A stretch of DNA of 64,000 nucleotides, from assembly GCA_951406725.2 (NCBI GenBank), contig OX597824.1, positions 53,196,001 to 53,260,000 on the forward strand, read 5' to 3'. This document shows positions 24,761-39,339 of the stretch, piece after piece. The notes under the pieces were generated by a model. That model searched no databases. It saw only the letters and a list, made by a program, of their open reading frames with translations, and was not told where the DNA came from. Both the position numbers and the translations under genes were made by a program. Position 1 is the first letter of the stretch, and each line of letters starts with the position of its first letter. The stretch is from Octopus vulgaris. Its lineage: Eukaryota.

Positions 24761-24964
24761 GCGCACAAATTGCTATTTATACCGAGACAGAAAGAGATCC
24801 TCCAACACATTCCGGGATATTACTCTTCAATAAAAGCTACCAATCTAAATGTGTGTGACTGTGAGTGTGTGTGCGCGCGCGTGTGTGTGTATGTGCACGT
24901 GTGTGTGAGAGAGAGAGATCACAGTTCAAACGAGCACACAATACGAGCGTTGAATAGAGTGTGT

Positions 24965-25180
24965 TTCACATTTTGGCACAAACCAGTAATTTCGTGGGAA
25001 GGTGTGAGTTGATTACATCGCTCCCAGTGTTCAGCTGGTACTTATTTTATCGACCCTGAAAGGGATGAAATGCAAAGTCGACCTTGGTGGAATTTGAACT
25101 CAGAACGTAGGGACATACGATATGCCGCTAAACATTTTGTACGGTGCGGTAAAGATTCTGCCAGCTCACTGCCTTAGTGT
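24965..25180 (-). mobile_element. tRNA-derived SINE (OR-like)
   Basis: Reverse complement of the 15330/37015 family (acgttctgagttcaaattcc, gtcgataaaataagtaccag). Confidence 0.7.
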
Positions 25181-26324
25181 GTATATTTATATGTGAAGAA
25201 AATATCCTACAGAGAGCTCATTTTGAATGTAACGAGTAGCTGGGTGTAGCCAGCTTCACATTGTATAACTAATGTGTGTGTATGTGAGTATGAATTAATT
25301 TTGATGTGACGCGGTTAGTTTTAGCTGACTTGGCTTTTGGTCGGTTTCGGTGTTGGCGTGTGCGTATGTTCGTGTATGGTTAGTGTAGTTCTGTGGTGGT
25401 AGTTTGCGTAGGAGTGCTGGTATATTAACATGTGCGTATAGGAGTATCAATGAGAAATGCAATTAATATGTATGTGAGTGTATGTATGTGTGAATGTTAG
25501 TCTGCATGTATTTACATGTATTGTGTATGCAGGTGTAGGGAGGAAATGGATTGTTTAAAGATGACAAGATAATGGGCGAGGAAGTGTATCCTAAAGGACA
25601 AGACAATTGGAATTTTATAGGGGTGCTGTTGTTATGCGTATGTGCTCTATTTCTTCTTTTGGGCTTGTGTGTCTCGAGGTAAGTCTTCAAAGTGTATGTA
25701 CAGATGCAATCAAACTATATAGTATGCGAGTAATTGTCTCTCTTTGTGCGTGTTGCGTAAATGCATATTAGTATTGTATAATGTCAAAATATGTGCGTAC
25801 GTGTAGGAGAGTGTAGACTTTGTTTCCGTTTATATATGCAGCTGCCCATACCGCTTACGGTCCTGTTGGTGCGAGTGAATATATGTGTGCGCACATGTGT
25901 TGATGTAAGCGTAGTGTAGTTCTACGATGTTAGTCTGTGTTAATTTGCTTGAGTTTGCTAGTATGCCGGGAGGTGAATAAATACGAAAAATGGGGTTGAT
26001 ATGCACGTTCTTAAGAGCATGATCTTTTTAATAAGACCTGGTAGAGCACCAATAAGTAGTCCTCTTTCTGATCATCCGATCTGCTAGAAATATCAACTTA
26101 TTCTTTCACACTTTAAAGTTTTATGGAGGAGGGAAACTTTGGATAATACGCAATGCCTGAACGAAAGACAGAAGACGGAATGGTCATTTCTGAGAGAAAT
26201 CATTTGCTTTTTACATCTATTCTATCAGTGTTAAACTGGAACTAAATAACAACAACTTGTCTGTCTCCTTATCTATTTATGTATGCGTGGATATTTATGT
26301 GTGTGTATACATATATACTTGTAC

Positions 26325-26373
<49 letters not shown>

Positions 26374-26379
26374 ATGTAT

Positions 26380-26447
<68 letters not shown>

Positions 26448-27659
26448 CAGAATGTTCTAGAGATATTTAGGTCTGTCGAAGAAATATTCATCAATGTACA
26501 TTGTATACGAAGTACATTAATGGTATCTATCCAAAGATAAAAACTGAACATTTGACGGTTAACTGCCACATATTCCATTAAAACCGCTGACCTTTCGATG
26601 GGTAGGACCATATATAACTGCTTGCTAGCGGTACTTTTCAACCTTAAGTAAAAATACAAGAAACTTTAAAATAATTTTCTTCCAAGTATAACCATATTTT
26701 TGTCTATCGTGAAAATATTTTCCACCTCAGAAAGTAAATACTTGATAATCTTCGATTAGAATGTATACGATGTGTCTGATGCCTTTCTTCGCTTATCTTA
26801 ACTGTTACTGAATTTACTAGGGTTCTTACTCTTTATCTATTGATCAGACATTAATCTTAAAACAGCTGAAATATTTGTATTTGCTTCATCGCTATTTCTA
26901 TGAGTTTGTTGTTCAGACATTCAGCAATCCAAATTCCGATATTCCATCAATTATATTAGTTTCTTACTTGAGACATGCCTCCAACTTTATACGGTCGATA
27001 AACAAAGTGTCTATACCATTCCTTTTGACTACAGTTATTTATTTTTTCTTCTTACTATGCGTCTTTTACTCCAAAAAGAGAGACTGTATTCGTTAATTTT
27101 ATTGCTTGATTTTAAATCAATTCTTAACAGTTTTCTCTCTGAAATATTTCATTCTTTCATGGAAGAAAAACCCACAGAAAGGATGAATAAGACAGGTTGT
27201 TGTTAAGTTATGTTGATATTATTTTTCTTGCATCATAATTTTTCGAGTCAATAGGAGCCAGTCTACTAAGCAACGAGCTGATAGCCCATTTCCTGATAGC
27301 GGCGCTACATGAATTCACAAGCAGATACTGAATTTTTTATGAAACAGTCATCTTGTAAATAGAATTCTATCGAGATATAAGACCAATTTCTTATGAAATC
27401 TATTGACTGGTACCGAAAAATAGAAACAAAATTAAACCCAGCAAATTTTTAACGGTCGGGACAAACTATTTTAAGGCCTGAAATCAGTATTCTATTACTT
27501 CTGCTCACTCACTGCAGTTGCGAGGGTGTGTCTTAAAAGAATTATTTGTCAAAGTAAGAAACTAAAAAATACATTTCATTTCATTCATACATTCGTTCAT
27601 TCATTCAAATTAAATTGAATCTACTGCTACTTTACTGAGATGTTATATGTAAATGTGTG

Positions 27660-27940
27660 ATGCGCATGGCCAAGTGGTCAGGATGCTGCATCGCGAGAAC
27701 GTGGTTTCAATTCCTGGACCGGATGGGACGTTGTGTTCTTAAGCAAAATACTTCATTTCATGTTGCTCTGCGATCAGACCGATGCCTCGAGTGTGATAAA
27801 CTGCGAACTTGTTCTGGTAACATCGAATTGATTGGGTGGCGAGTACACTAATATACAGCACAAACATCTGATCAGTGTAAACAAATTATTTGTGCAGGTT
27901 ATTCAGGAAGAAACTAAAGAACCGTCTTTCTCGGACCACG
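27660..27940 (+). mobile_element. Degenerate tRNA-derived SINE
   Basis: A-box-like tggccaagtggtcagg, B-box-like ggtttcaattcc, then gttgtgttcttaagcaaaatactt. Confidence 0.5.
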
Positions 27941-30900
27941 AGTGACTACAATCATATATAAATTTAGGTGGCCATTCCGTGTCCTTTTATCTATAACCAA
28001 ACATTTATTGCTGAATTGTTTTTTCTTCCGAATTTTAATTATGTTTCTTCTGAGTCAATAAAATAATCACCGAGAATGAATCAAACTGTCATATCCTGTC
28101 TGAGAAACCTGACGTTCTCCTCGTCAAAATTATTTTATTTAAGTACTGTTTCAGAAAGAAAACAATACTCGCGTTTTTTTATATTAAGAAAAACAGACAC
28201 AAAACCCAAATCGAAAGTGATACAAATAGAACCTTTAAAAACTTCAGTGTTATTTTGGTTTTTGTTTTGTGAAAGGTTTTTTTTAGTATTTAACTGTTGC
28301 TGCTTTATTTTTAAGGGTGGTTAAAATTATATTTTATAAGATCAAAATCGAGTATTGTAAGATAGGTAGCTCTAAATTGCATGCTCAAATTATTGAGTCG
28401 ATTTGTGTAAGTACATATAATAATGATGTAATAAATTGATCATGTGATGTATTCCTACAGCAACGACAAATAACACGTTTTCCTAACTTGGAAATTCGAG
28501 TTTCTCAAAAACCATTTGTAATGTAAGAATCCTAGAATTGATTATATATTGTTTGTTGCTGTTCCTTCATTATTTTATTTATTTGTAAGAATTGCTGCTG
28601 CCATATATTTTGTATCCAAGCAATGATAAATTGAATAAGCCGTAATTAAACTACAAATAAATTAAACTAAAACATTATGCAGAAGCATAATATCTTTATA
28701 CAATAAAATTGTACAGTTTACTTGAAAATGGCGTTTAGCTTGGTTTCTTGAACGCAGTTATTAAAAAGGATCTTAGCTTCCCTAGGATATTTTCCTCTTC
28801 ACATGGATGGTGTCCTACAGAATTAATTCAAGTAGTTAGGGAAAATCCATATCTTTGTATTGCTGACTGTGAAATAGCAGGAAAATTATACGAAATCATC
28901 GAATTCTTAGAGAAAGAAGAAAAATGTATAGAAGAGTTATACAAATAAATAGGTCTTGTTCCTTTTGGCATTCCATAAAAATAGTACCTCTGACGTCATC
29001 AACAAGCTACACTGTGTTTTCCGTTATTTGCTGTTACAGTTCTATTCGTATTGTATGGAACTTGATGTGAAGTAGAATGGAAGACTGATTAGAATATGCT
29101 GTAGGCTACATATGAGGTTTAGTGTTGTAGATGAAAAACTAGCGGAAATCAAGGAATAAATAGCGGAACTGCTACAAGATGACGTGTTGCTCATACAACA
29201 AGTGCTGTGGACAGTATGATTTTATGACGGAGGACCACAAATATGATCGTATTTACCAAACTTGTAATTAAATATAGAACAACGTTTGCTAGTGTTCGGG
29301 CACAAATAGAATACAACATCGGTGGTAAAGGTATATATAATATAAAACATTATTTTCTTTGGGAGATAAACATCTCAGTTGGCACATCTAACTCAACATC
29401 TTAGTTGGTACATCTAACTCAAAATTAAAGAAATATAAAATAAGATGTTAGAGTTTGTAATAATTTGAGAAAACGAACTGCAATGGATTACAGAAGCAGT
29501 GATTGTGTGGAACAAAATCTTTGACCTTATATATGGTTCTATGCATTCTGAGTTCTAATTCGAGAACTGAAAATGGCGTGATTAAACTCCTTCTTGAAAT
29601 TTTCTTACATTCTACCACTGATAGGATCCAACTGTGATTTCAATAAGTTTTAAAAGAAGATGTGCCCTATCTCAACATCATTTGACGGAGATTTTTAATC
29701 AACAGACACACATTCTATATTCAAATTCCCTTATATCATTGATTTTATATTCAAACATTTTATTTACAGAATGTTTCATCGTCGTGCTCTGTTATGTTCC
29801 CAATGCAGTGAATATGACATAATTTTCATCGCAAACAATGTAACCTAAATAATCAATTACTTAGTTTTTATATTATTCTACAAGCCTACTACTACAAGTT
29901 TATAACAGAAATTATGTATGCACTAGTGTATACAGTACTGAAAATAGCATATTCAAAAGTTACCAATTGTGATTTACATTTACATGAATCTATTGGTTGA
30001 TCCAACGAAAGATCCTTTAAATGGTTGCACGACTAACAAATTGTAGCAGCTAAATCTCACTCAAACCACGCTCCAATATTTTAAAAATGAAGAATGACTG
30101 GATATTATAGATTGTATTCCTGACTATATTATAACTGAGTAAAGGCTGGAATGTTTTGATCATACGTCTGCAAGGTAAATGTCAGCCTTAGGCTAAATGA
30201 CAACTATGAACCTTCATACTAATTCTTTCTTTGATTATCATCATCTGAAATATGTATACATTGTATACAGTCTTTGATTCATGGGTCTACAGCTATGTGA
30301 AACGCTCTTCCCAAATAAGCCTAAGGATCACAAACATTATATATGAATATATTTAGAAATATATTTTGTGTACAAATATACATCTCGTTTTTAAAGAATT
30401 AAATCTATTACAGACGGAGTTCGTGATCAGCAACCTTGAAAATACAATTCTTGTTAGAATCTTCTTCGTTTACAATGTAACTAAAGTCATTTGCTTCTTT
30501 ATTCTGGTGTACAGTTCTTATCAATTTATTTGAGTTTAGTGGCGTTGGCCGAAAAACAGATAAGTGCGAAGTGAAGTGTTCTGCTTTTCGCGAAAGAAAA
30601 TATACTACACTATTGTTTAAAATATTACTTTTCTATCAAGAACAAATAAAGGAAATAGATGTTGTGGCATTTATTTCCTTTCCAATGATATTAGCATCTT
30701 GGGAAGTGGGCTAGTTTCAGCTATAAATTTAAATTATATCCTCCCTCTCGTGTTTTCGTAATTTTACATAATGCAATTCACTAGATTTTATTCTAAAGAT
30801 CTGGGGTCACTAATGCTGACCTTTGGAAATCTAGATTATTTAATAATTTCTCGGATTATTTGGATAAGTACAATATGTGCGTATTTACGCATATGCTTGT

Positions 30901-32789
30901 ACGTGTGTGCGTGTGTATGTTACAAATACAGTCCATCCATGCAGCACCACAATTCAAATGGCTTCTAAGAGATAAATCATGTTACCAACACTCACACTGT
31001 TTTGCATATTAGTCTAACCAATATTTTTAATTTGTCACATGCTACTATTCTCCTGGTGACCAGGAATCAGTAACCTCTCTCTACTTGCGCTTTAACAAAA
31101 GTTGAAACTTGTCAAAAAGCAAATGAAATTTCTGGTCTAACTACAGTATTTCCTTTTTCACAACCAGGCAGAATGTGTTTTTATTAAAAGACGCAAGCAC
31201 AGAACACACCTACCCAAACACACATATCCACACTCTCACGTGCACACACGCAGCACATACACATACACACACACGCACACACTCACGTGTATGTGAATGT
31301 GTGTATTCTTATTCTTGTTCTTGTTGCAGAGTATACATATAGAGAATTTTGTCAGAAGCACAGTATGTTTTCAAGTTTCACACAACAGTGAATACCCATA
31401 AGCGATAGAAGTTTCTATTCCAATTCTATTTCAAATTTAGACATTGCAAATTTCAGGTTTTTGTTACCTCGAACATGAAAGCCGTTTTCATCTCATTTCA
31501 ACATTGTTGTCTTGTTGTTCCGGTTCCAATCAGTGATTTTAATTTAGCTATTCTAATAGAAATATTTAGTCATTATGGTGATTGTGAGTCTGAATATATA
31601 TTAGATTGCTCAGAATGGAATATCAATATTTGTTATGTATATTTAAGGAAGTAAATCAGTCTTGATTTTAATAACCTAAGAAGAAAAGAAATGCTTTTAA
31701 AAATTAAAAAATGTTATTTTGCAAATTAGTTGTATGAGAATTTAGCAATTAATCATTGAATAGATCTAATATTAAATCATATTATTGAATAATATTTCTA
31801 TGTAACTTCAAAGGAACAAAGCAGATATACGATATTGCTTTACAAAGAGTTCATAGAATGAAGAAAAAGATATCTATAAGAAACTTGTGGAAGGGTTTAT
31901 GGAAAAATTGCCCGGAAAATTTGAAATTTCAAAGAAGTCTCTTAAAATTCCAAATATTGACAGTCACCTCTTTGTTACTGAACATTCACAAAGATGACTC
32001 GTTATTATCGTTTCACATCAATTGCTAAAGTGTTCTTGAGCGGTACACTTAATCTATCGCCCAGTTTTACACCATGTTATACTTGTTAGGTAAAATTAAC
32101 GCCAGTGCATGGTTGGTGGGTACATATAAGAGCACCACGTAGTCCTTGAATACCTTTAAAGCCGTCACCTAGTTCTTGAGTACATTACCACTGGATATCT
32201 TTAACAATACCATCTGATTCTTGGGTGCTATAGCTAAGTTCATTCTATTGCAAGTATGTGAACGAGATATTCAGTTTGAGAATAAGTGTCTCCCTTCTCC
32301 GAACCAATCTTGAAACCCTACGAAAGATTAAAAATGTGTCATGACATTGGCTCTCACCCTAGCTAAACCGTGAAAAGAAAGAAAGAGGATAGTCTACAAA
32401 GGATATTTTCAAGGATTGTTGAAGACTTGTGTCTATTCTGATTTGAATGAAGGTCTAATTTAAAATCTAAATAGGATAAATGCTAATTTTATTCTTTTAT
32501 TATTTTACTTGTTTCGGACATTGAACTTCAGTCAAGCTCACATGGCATAGATCAACCTCAGGCTATAGTATAAGAAACTCGCCCAAAAGTTTGTTTGTGG
32601 TCACGAAACAAACTTCTTAACCACGCATCCGTACTATGAGCGCGCGCGTGTGTGTGTTTGTGCGCGCGTGCGTGTGTGCGTGTGTGCGTGGATGGGGGTC
32701 TGTGACTGTGCGTGTGTGTGTCTGTGTGTCCGTGTCTGTGTGTGTCTGTGTGCGCGCGCGTGTGTGCTTCATTACTTTTTATACAGTAT

Positions 32790-34830
32790 GGTCGCTAGAA
32801 AAGCGGAAAATTCGTGAAATGCCAATTTATATTTTCACAAGATCTATTTGAGGTAAACAAAGTTTCAAAGTTGCAACAACAGTATTGTGATAGTTGAAAG
32901 ACGTTCGGTAACACAGTCAAACATTTAGTCAGTTCCCAAGTCAGATTTTCACTCTTGAAAAGAACAATAGTTTGTCTCTGAAAGTCTAATAGCTGTTTCT
33001 TTCTACAGCTTTCTGCCTTCTTGTGTGATTCACTCAGAAGCAAATGGCGTCAATACTTGTTATGATTACGTGCTCATTCCATACCAGAAACAATGAATCA
33101 GAAACCAGCTGTCACATAGTTTCTTGATGATCTAATTAATGCTTCTCAGTTTTGCCTTCAAATTTTCTACTTTTCTAGCGACCATCTTTTCCGCTAAATA
33201 GGCTTGGGTTTGAAGGACGCGCGTCAGTTTATTTTGCTCTTTCAAAGAAAATCCTAGCATTTCTATATTTTTGCACGAAACTATGGAGTTACATAGTCTA
33301 ATGCACCTATGATAATAAGTGCAAATGAAGATTTATAGCCAAGGAACATGAGCTGTAAGTTCACCATAAATTTTCTTTTTCCTGAAGTTCTGATGGTACG
33401 TTCACTTCTGCTGGAGAGCTTACCTCTGATAACGCTGCATGACTTTTGTTTCCCCGTCCCACTGAACAATATCAGGTCTGTTATGTTTGTACCGAATTGA
33501 TGTTTCTATTGAAGTATTCCTTGTATAAGTACATTCCGATTCTCATATGCCTTTGATATATTCGCCAAAGCAACTCTTCCTGCAGATAGCATTGTAAACA
33601 GCTTTTGCTACAATATCATTTCTCAAGGGCAGATAGAATTCTTGTTGACATTTTGAGGCAACTGCGACTGATGAGGGCAATATCTTCCACACTAATATAG
33701 CATGACCGGTGTTTTTTATTAGTTCGTGGAGGTTTGGTGACATCTGTTCTCTCTCTTGTTTATCGGGTATTTAGTAGTTATCTCTTATTTCATGTATGCA
33801 TGCATGCATGTATGTATGTATGTATGTATGTATGTATGTATGTATGTATGTATGTATGTATGTATGTATGTATGTATGTATGTATTTATGTATGTATGTA
33901 TGTATGTATGTATGTATGTGTGTATGTATGTAAGATGTATGCATGTTCATTTTGTTTAAAAATTCTTCATTTAAAGAAGGAGCTGAATTCTAGCAAAAAT
34001 ACAAAGTTCCATCTTTGGAATATAGACAACGCTTACAGATTGCATTTAAATTGAGCGGGTCATTTGACTAATTTCTATAGAAACTGTAGCTGTCAAAGCA
34101 GTTGTCCATCTTTCTCTTCCGAAGCGATATTCACATCAGCAGGATAGCTGGCCTCTATGACGGTACATATTCTTTCTCTCTCAAAACAATATCCGGCCTA
34201 TTATGCTTGCACTTGATAGATGTTATAATGGGAAAGTTCCACCAGTATTCTTTGTGCTGATATTTGTGTACGTATTCTATAACAAAAGGATTCCCTATAT
34301 TTATTCCAGGACAATTTTTTCTGGATGGCATTGTATGTTGTTTATTTCCGTTATCTCTTCTGATATCACCGTCGATATCACTATTTTTGTGGAGATATCC
34401 AGTTGATGTTCGGGAATTTCTTTTACAGACCAGTCAAGTATTCCAAATGTTGGAATCAGTACTGAGAGTTTGAACTGCCATATTTTTCTAAGTCTGGTGT
34501 AATCTTCTTGAGTCACTCTGTCTTTATACATATTACCTTCGTATGGTATATTTTCATCAATGCCTAGATACTTGTAGCATTCTTTGTGTGCGGCAGGAGA
34601 AATAGTGATACCATTGATGCACAGGTTTTGGGTCTGGAGACTGATTTTCCTTGTTCATCAATCAAATAAGAACATTTCTTCTGGCCAAATTCTGTTCTTA
34701 TGTCAGCTGAAAATGTTGTTATTAATTCCAGCTGGGTTTTTTTTGGAGGGGGGATGGGCATTATTAACATTTTTAGCGTAAATCTTGAGGTCATCTACAA
34801 AGAAATTATGGGTTACATTAATATCTTTAG
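32790..34830 (-). mobile_element. Degraded R4/Dong-like RLE retrotransposon fragments separated by (TATG)n tracts
   Basis: DDLKIYAKN..LITTFSADIRTEFGQKKC (RT), WNFPII..KHNRPDIV (RLE), YLPLRNDIVAKAVY (post-CCHC). Confidence 0.6.
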
Positions 34831-37014
34831 CAGTTATGTATGTATGTATGTATGTATGTATGCATGCATGCATGTATGGATGTATGTATGTTATGTCAGG
34901 TCACTTTCGAGTGCTACTGGTAACATGTAACCCAGTACAACCTGTTGCATGCTCGTGTCGTCGGCAACTAAACCGGCAACCCCACCAAGCTTGCGGGATG
35001 AAAAACAAAACCCTTCAAAGGGCGGAGGAACTCTTGAGAGTCAACGGCCATCCAATAAATATCTTAAGGCTGTATCATGCGCGGGGACAGAAATAATCGG
35101 ACTGAATACCCGATCGCGCGATTAAAACATTGGGAGTGAAGGACTCCTAGCCTTTGTTAGGGCATCCTTCTAGGAGAAGGTAACTCAGGTAACTGGGATA
35201 ACTCCGATATAAAACCTGCGGCTCAGCGGTTACCGATGATGTTGACTTAGTGAGTGGGATTGACTCAGTGCACAGCCTTTCCTCACTTTAAAAAAAATCT
35301 TCTTGCACAGGCATTGCACGATAACAACATTGATTAAACTTCGTGCAATGGCCATACTCAATAACGAGGGGGCAGCCACCACCATGTATGTATGTATGTA
35401 TGTATGTATGTATGTATGTATGTATGTATGTATGTATGTATGTATACAGTCCAACATCTGAAACAAGAATAAATGGGTATATATTGCCCTTCCATATTTT
35501 TATAATTTCATTTGAGCTATTTTCATATCTAATATCCTAGAATTTGTTCTTTTTTATTTCCACGAGTATTAAATATACATAGAACTGGTGCCATAATATT
35601 TTACTCACAGTGAGATGCTTTTATTTATCAAGCCATTTCTGTTTTCAATTTGATTTTGATTTCCTAGACAAAAACGCAACTTTTTTCTAACTTTAAAAGC
35701 CATAACAAATTGCTTTTAGAAACAACTGTAATTTCACTCACTTCTTATTAACATCAGAAACCATTATCTATATATTTACATACAGTATTAACATGTGCAT
35801 ATGATGTTTTATCGGCAATTATAAAATGTTGTTAGCCAAAACTTGAAATATCATCTATTTAATTTTAGTTCATGTGTCCTCTCCAACTTCCATGTGAATT
35901 GATCTTACGTTACTTGTGCTTGTTATCTGAAAGCATTTTAAAAGTAACCATAAAGCTTGATGTTGATGTTATATTCCTAGATTTTTATAGTTACGTGTTT
36001 TTACACATAAAAAATCCTTGTCTTTTTTTTTTGGGGAAAAAGATTTTGTCTTTTTTTAATTTATCATGTATAATACCCAACAAACATGTTCATTTAGCGT
36101 ATTCCAATGAGTTAAAGTGATAAATTTAACCGCAATTCTTTTTCATTATTTAATTATATCTAAGTTATACGTTTCGTACAAATAAAAGAAAAATAATATT
36201 TTATTTTTTAAATATTTATCGCACTATTTACATTAATTATTTCTATTACATACTCTTTTATATTTATATTTTTATAATGACATAAATTTCAATTATTTAT
36301 ATACACTTCACTATCTATTTGCTTGAAATATCTTATATTTTATACTTCAGAATATATGCAGATATATATATATATTCTATTTATTCTTCTTATTTAAATC
36401 AAACATTTTAAAACACAGAATTTGTTGTTACCTCTTTTTTATTAAGAAAAAAGAACATTTTCTTGAATTTAATAATTTTTTTCAGTTATTTATGAAAATT
36501 ATATGTAAAATTGTGCATGTAATATTCATATTGTGAACATTCTAAACTATTGAAACTGCTGCCGTCAGTTGGATTGCCATACCATGAAGCTAAGAAAATT
36601 AACAAACACACTTCCAAGGCGGTATGTCCAGTACAGTTCCCGGAATGTAACCTAGTCTGCTGTAACTAGAACTTGTGAAATATTCGTTCGCCGTTTCAAG
36701 TAGACATTCTTTTGATCTTCAGTTGAGACAGTGTAGCAAAATATAGCTAAGAATTCAGCTTCTCTTCTTGGAGCCGCAAAACGAAAAGTGGATTAAATCA
36801 ATCTTCGTGAAGTGCATCATACAGCCCTGCACTGACCAGTATGATTGATAAACCACAAAGTAGCAACATTCACAGCCCGTGTTAGTGTGAAAATACAATT
36901 ATATAGTCTAAGAACCAAGTACTGACCAGCTGCATAGCATGAAATACGGTTTCCGAATCAATAAAAAAGAGGTGACTGCAATGTAATAAGAAGGGCATCT
37001 AATAACTAAGTAGC

Positions 37015-37228
37015 ATTAAAACGCCGAGCTGGTAGAATTGTTAGCATGCCAGGCAAAATGTTTAGCGGCATTTCGTCCATCTTTACGTTCTGAGTTCAAA
37101 ATCCACTGAGATTGACTTTGTCTTTCATTCTTTTCGCGGTCTATAAAATAAGTACTAGTTGCTCGAAATAATCGACATATCCCTTCCTTCGAAATTGCTG
37201 GCCCTGTGCCAAAACTTGAAACCAATAA
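37015..37228 (+). mobile_element. tRNA-derived SINE (OR-like)
   Basis: gagctggtagaattgttagcatgccaggcaaaatgtttagcggcatttcgtccatctttacgttctgagttcaaaatcc. Confidence 0.7.
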
Positions 37229-37688
37229 CTAAGTAGCACTGTCATCCCAACAAGACTTCTTGAGCACCAGACCACGTGGTATAGCTCCGAAGTTACAGTT
37301 CTTCATAGGTAACAATGAACGGCAGAGCATCTAATTGGGACGGCGGTTGTCATGATGACAGAAGAACGCAAGTATGGGGAGGATTGATTAACAAAAGTGA
37401 CGCCATCTACTGAGACAAAATGTAAATTTTTATACACATTTCTTCCAATTTGCTAAAAATTAATTTTGCTAAAAAAGCTTTTGCCAGTTCTCCTTAATAA
37501 TTTCCATTACAAAAGGATACAGCTAATTTCAAGCTATCAAGCTCTAGTCTGACATGTTTTAACAATTTAGATGTACCGTATAGTTACTGTGTATTGAACT
37601 CACTATTGACCCAACTTTGGTGCAATACATTTTTCTCACTAGTCTTCCGAAGATGTTTCAATTCACTTTTTTAACTGTTTATCGATAT

Positions 37689-37761
<73 letters not shown>

Positions 37762-37767
<6 letters not shown>

Positions 37768-38365
37768 GACACGCTTCCTTCTGTTTCCGTCTACCAAATC
37801 AACTCCCGAGGCTTTGGTCGACCCAAAGCTGTAGTAGAAAACGATGGGAAAAAGTACCACGCAGTGGGACTAAACCCAGAACCATTTGGTTGGTAACCAA
37901 GCTTTCTAAAACAAACCCACGCTTACACCTACATATATATATATATATATACTCTTTTACTCTTTTACTGGCTTCAGTCATGTGACTGTAGCCATGCTGG
38001 ATCACCTCCTTTAGTCGAACAAATCGACCCCAGGACTTATTCTTTGTAAGCCTAGTACTTATTCTATCGGTCTCTTTTGCCGAACCGCTAAGTTACGAGG
38101 ACATAAACATGCTAGCATCGGTTGTCAAGTAATGTTGGGGAGGGGGGACAAACACAGACACACAAACATATACACACACATACATATATATACATATATA
38201 CGACGGGCTTCTTTCAGATTCCGTCCACTAAATCCACTCACAAGGCTTTGGTCGGCCCGAGGCTATAGTAGAAGACACTTGCCCAAAGTGCCATGCAGTG
38301 GGACTGAACCTGGAACCATGTGGTTCGTAAGCAAGCTACTTACCACACAGCCACTCCTACGCCTA
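37762..38365 (-). mobile_element. Two copies (one partial, one complete) of the tRNA/CORE-like SINE
   Basis: Reverse complement of 51665-52075 (ggcgtaggagtggctgtgtggtaagtagcttgc...). Confidence 0.85.
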
Positions 38366-38436
38366 TATATATATGCATATACTTGGAAACGGATGAGTGG
38401 CGTTCAATCATATAATAATATAAATAATATATATGC

Positions 38437-38485
<49 letters not shown>

Positions 38486-38758
38486 TATATACATACATAT
38501 GTGTACATAATTACATATATATGTGTATACATAAGCATATATGGGTACAGACCGTGATAAAACGTAAACAAAAGGAGATACAAAATCAACATGAAATATG
38601 AACATTTTTTGCGAACAACGAAAGAAACAAATGGAAAACAAGATAAGTAACATAAAGAACGACCCTTCATCAGTTGTCGGCTGTTTTATCTACTCCACAT
38701 TTCGAGCAATTACGACAAGGTGGGTCTTCCAGAAACAGTTGCTCTCGCATAGCAAATA

Positions 38759-38806
<48 letters not shown>

Positions 38807-39082
38807 CAATGATAAATCTCAGAGCGAGTTATAAACAGTAGCGGTAACACAACGTGATGCATATATGCCATTTGAATATGGCTAACCCAAAAGGGTGGAT
38901 GCTACTGTAGTTTGTAGCCCCAGGAGGACACCTCCTCCCGCTGGCTATAGACACACTATCTGTGTCCTGTCAGTATTTGTGAAGGGGAGTCATCCTCCCC
39001 GTCTTCAACACATGATACACACGTACCCGAGTTTCAAGGTGTTTACCTTTCATCAGCGTGTGACAATCATGGTTGTCGACGA
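38807..39082 (-). mobile_element. Retrozyme-like HHR repeat, copy 2 (diverged subfamily; reconstructed unit 353 bp), part downstream of the Tx1
   Basis: 38807-38970 directly repeated at 44422-44585; homologous to 7788-8069 with compensatory changes. Confidence 0.8.
39011..39071 (-). ncRNA. Type I hammerhead ribozyme (predicted GUA cleavage between 39024 and 39023)
   Basis: Minus: CATGAT TGT CACACG CTGATGA AAGGT aaac ACCTT GAAA C TCGG G TA | CGTGTG T ATCATG; perfect stems I and II. Confidence 0.9.
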
Positions 39083-39339
39083 ATTTCTTTATTACGATCA
39101 TAAAATCATTACATAGAAGGACAATACAGGACATACATACAAAAAACAGTTAAGTGGTTCGATTAAAAATTTTCCATAATATATGGATTATTCCTTATAC
39201 AAAATTTGTATTTAAATGGTCCTTTGCATTGACTAATAGAGCATTACAACATTACATAGCTTGAGATCTTACCGATATATTTTAAACCCCGGCAACCTAT
39301 AAGGCCCCGCAGCTTTTCTTTCCTCTCCTCCATCCATAG

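Noticed and set aside
28700-29350. Possible host exon (Cys-rich short frame NCYKMTCCSYNKCCGQY)
   Set aside because: Short, flanked by stops, no recognisable domain or clear splice sites; needs RNA-seq
37399-37414. CTCF-like motif (minus strand CAGTAGATGGCG)
   Set aside because: A single short motif match is expected by chance; no supporting evidence
38660-38720. CTGATGA in repeat Y as a further hammerhead
   Set aside because: Could not find convincing stems I/II with a correctly placed GAAA
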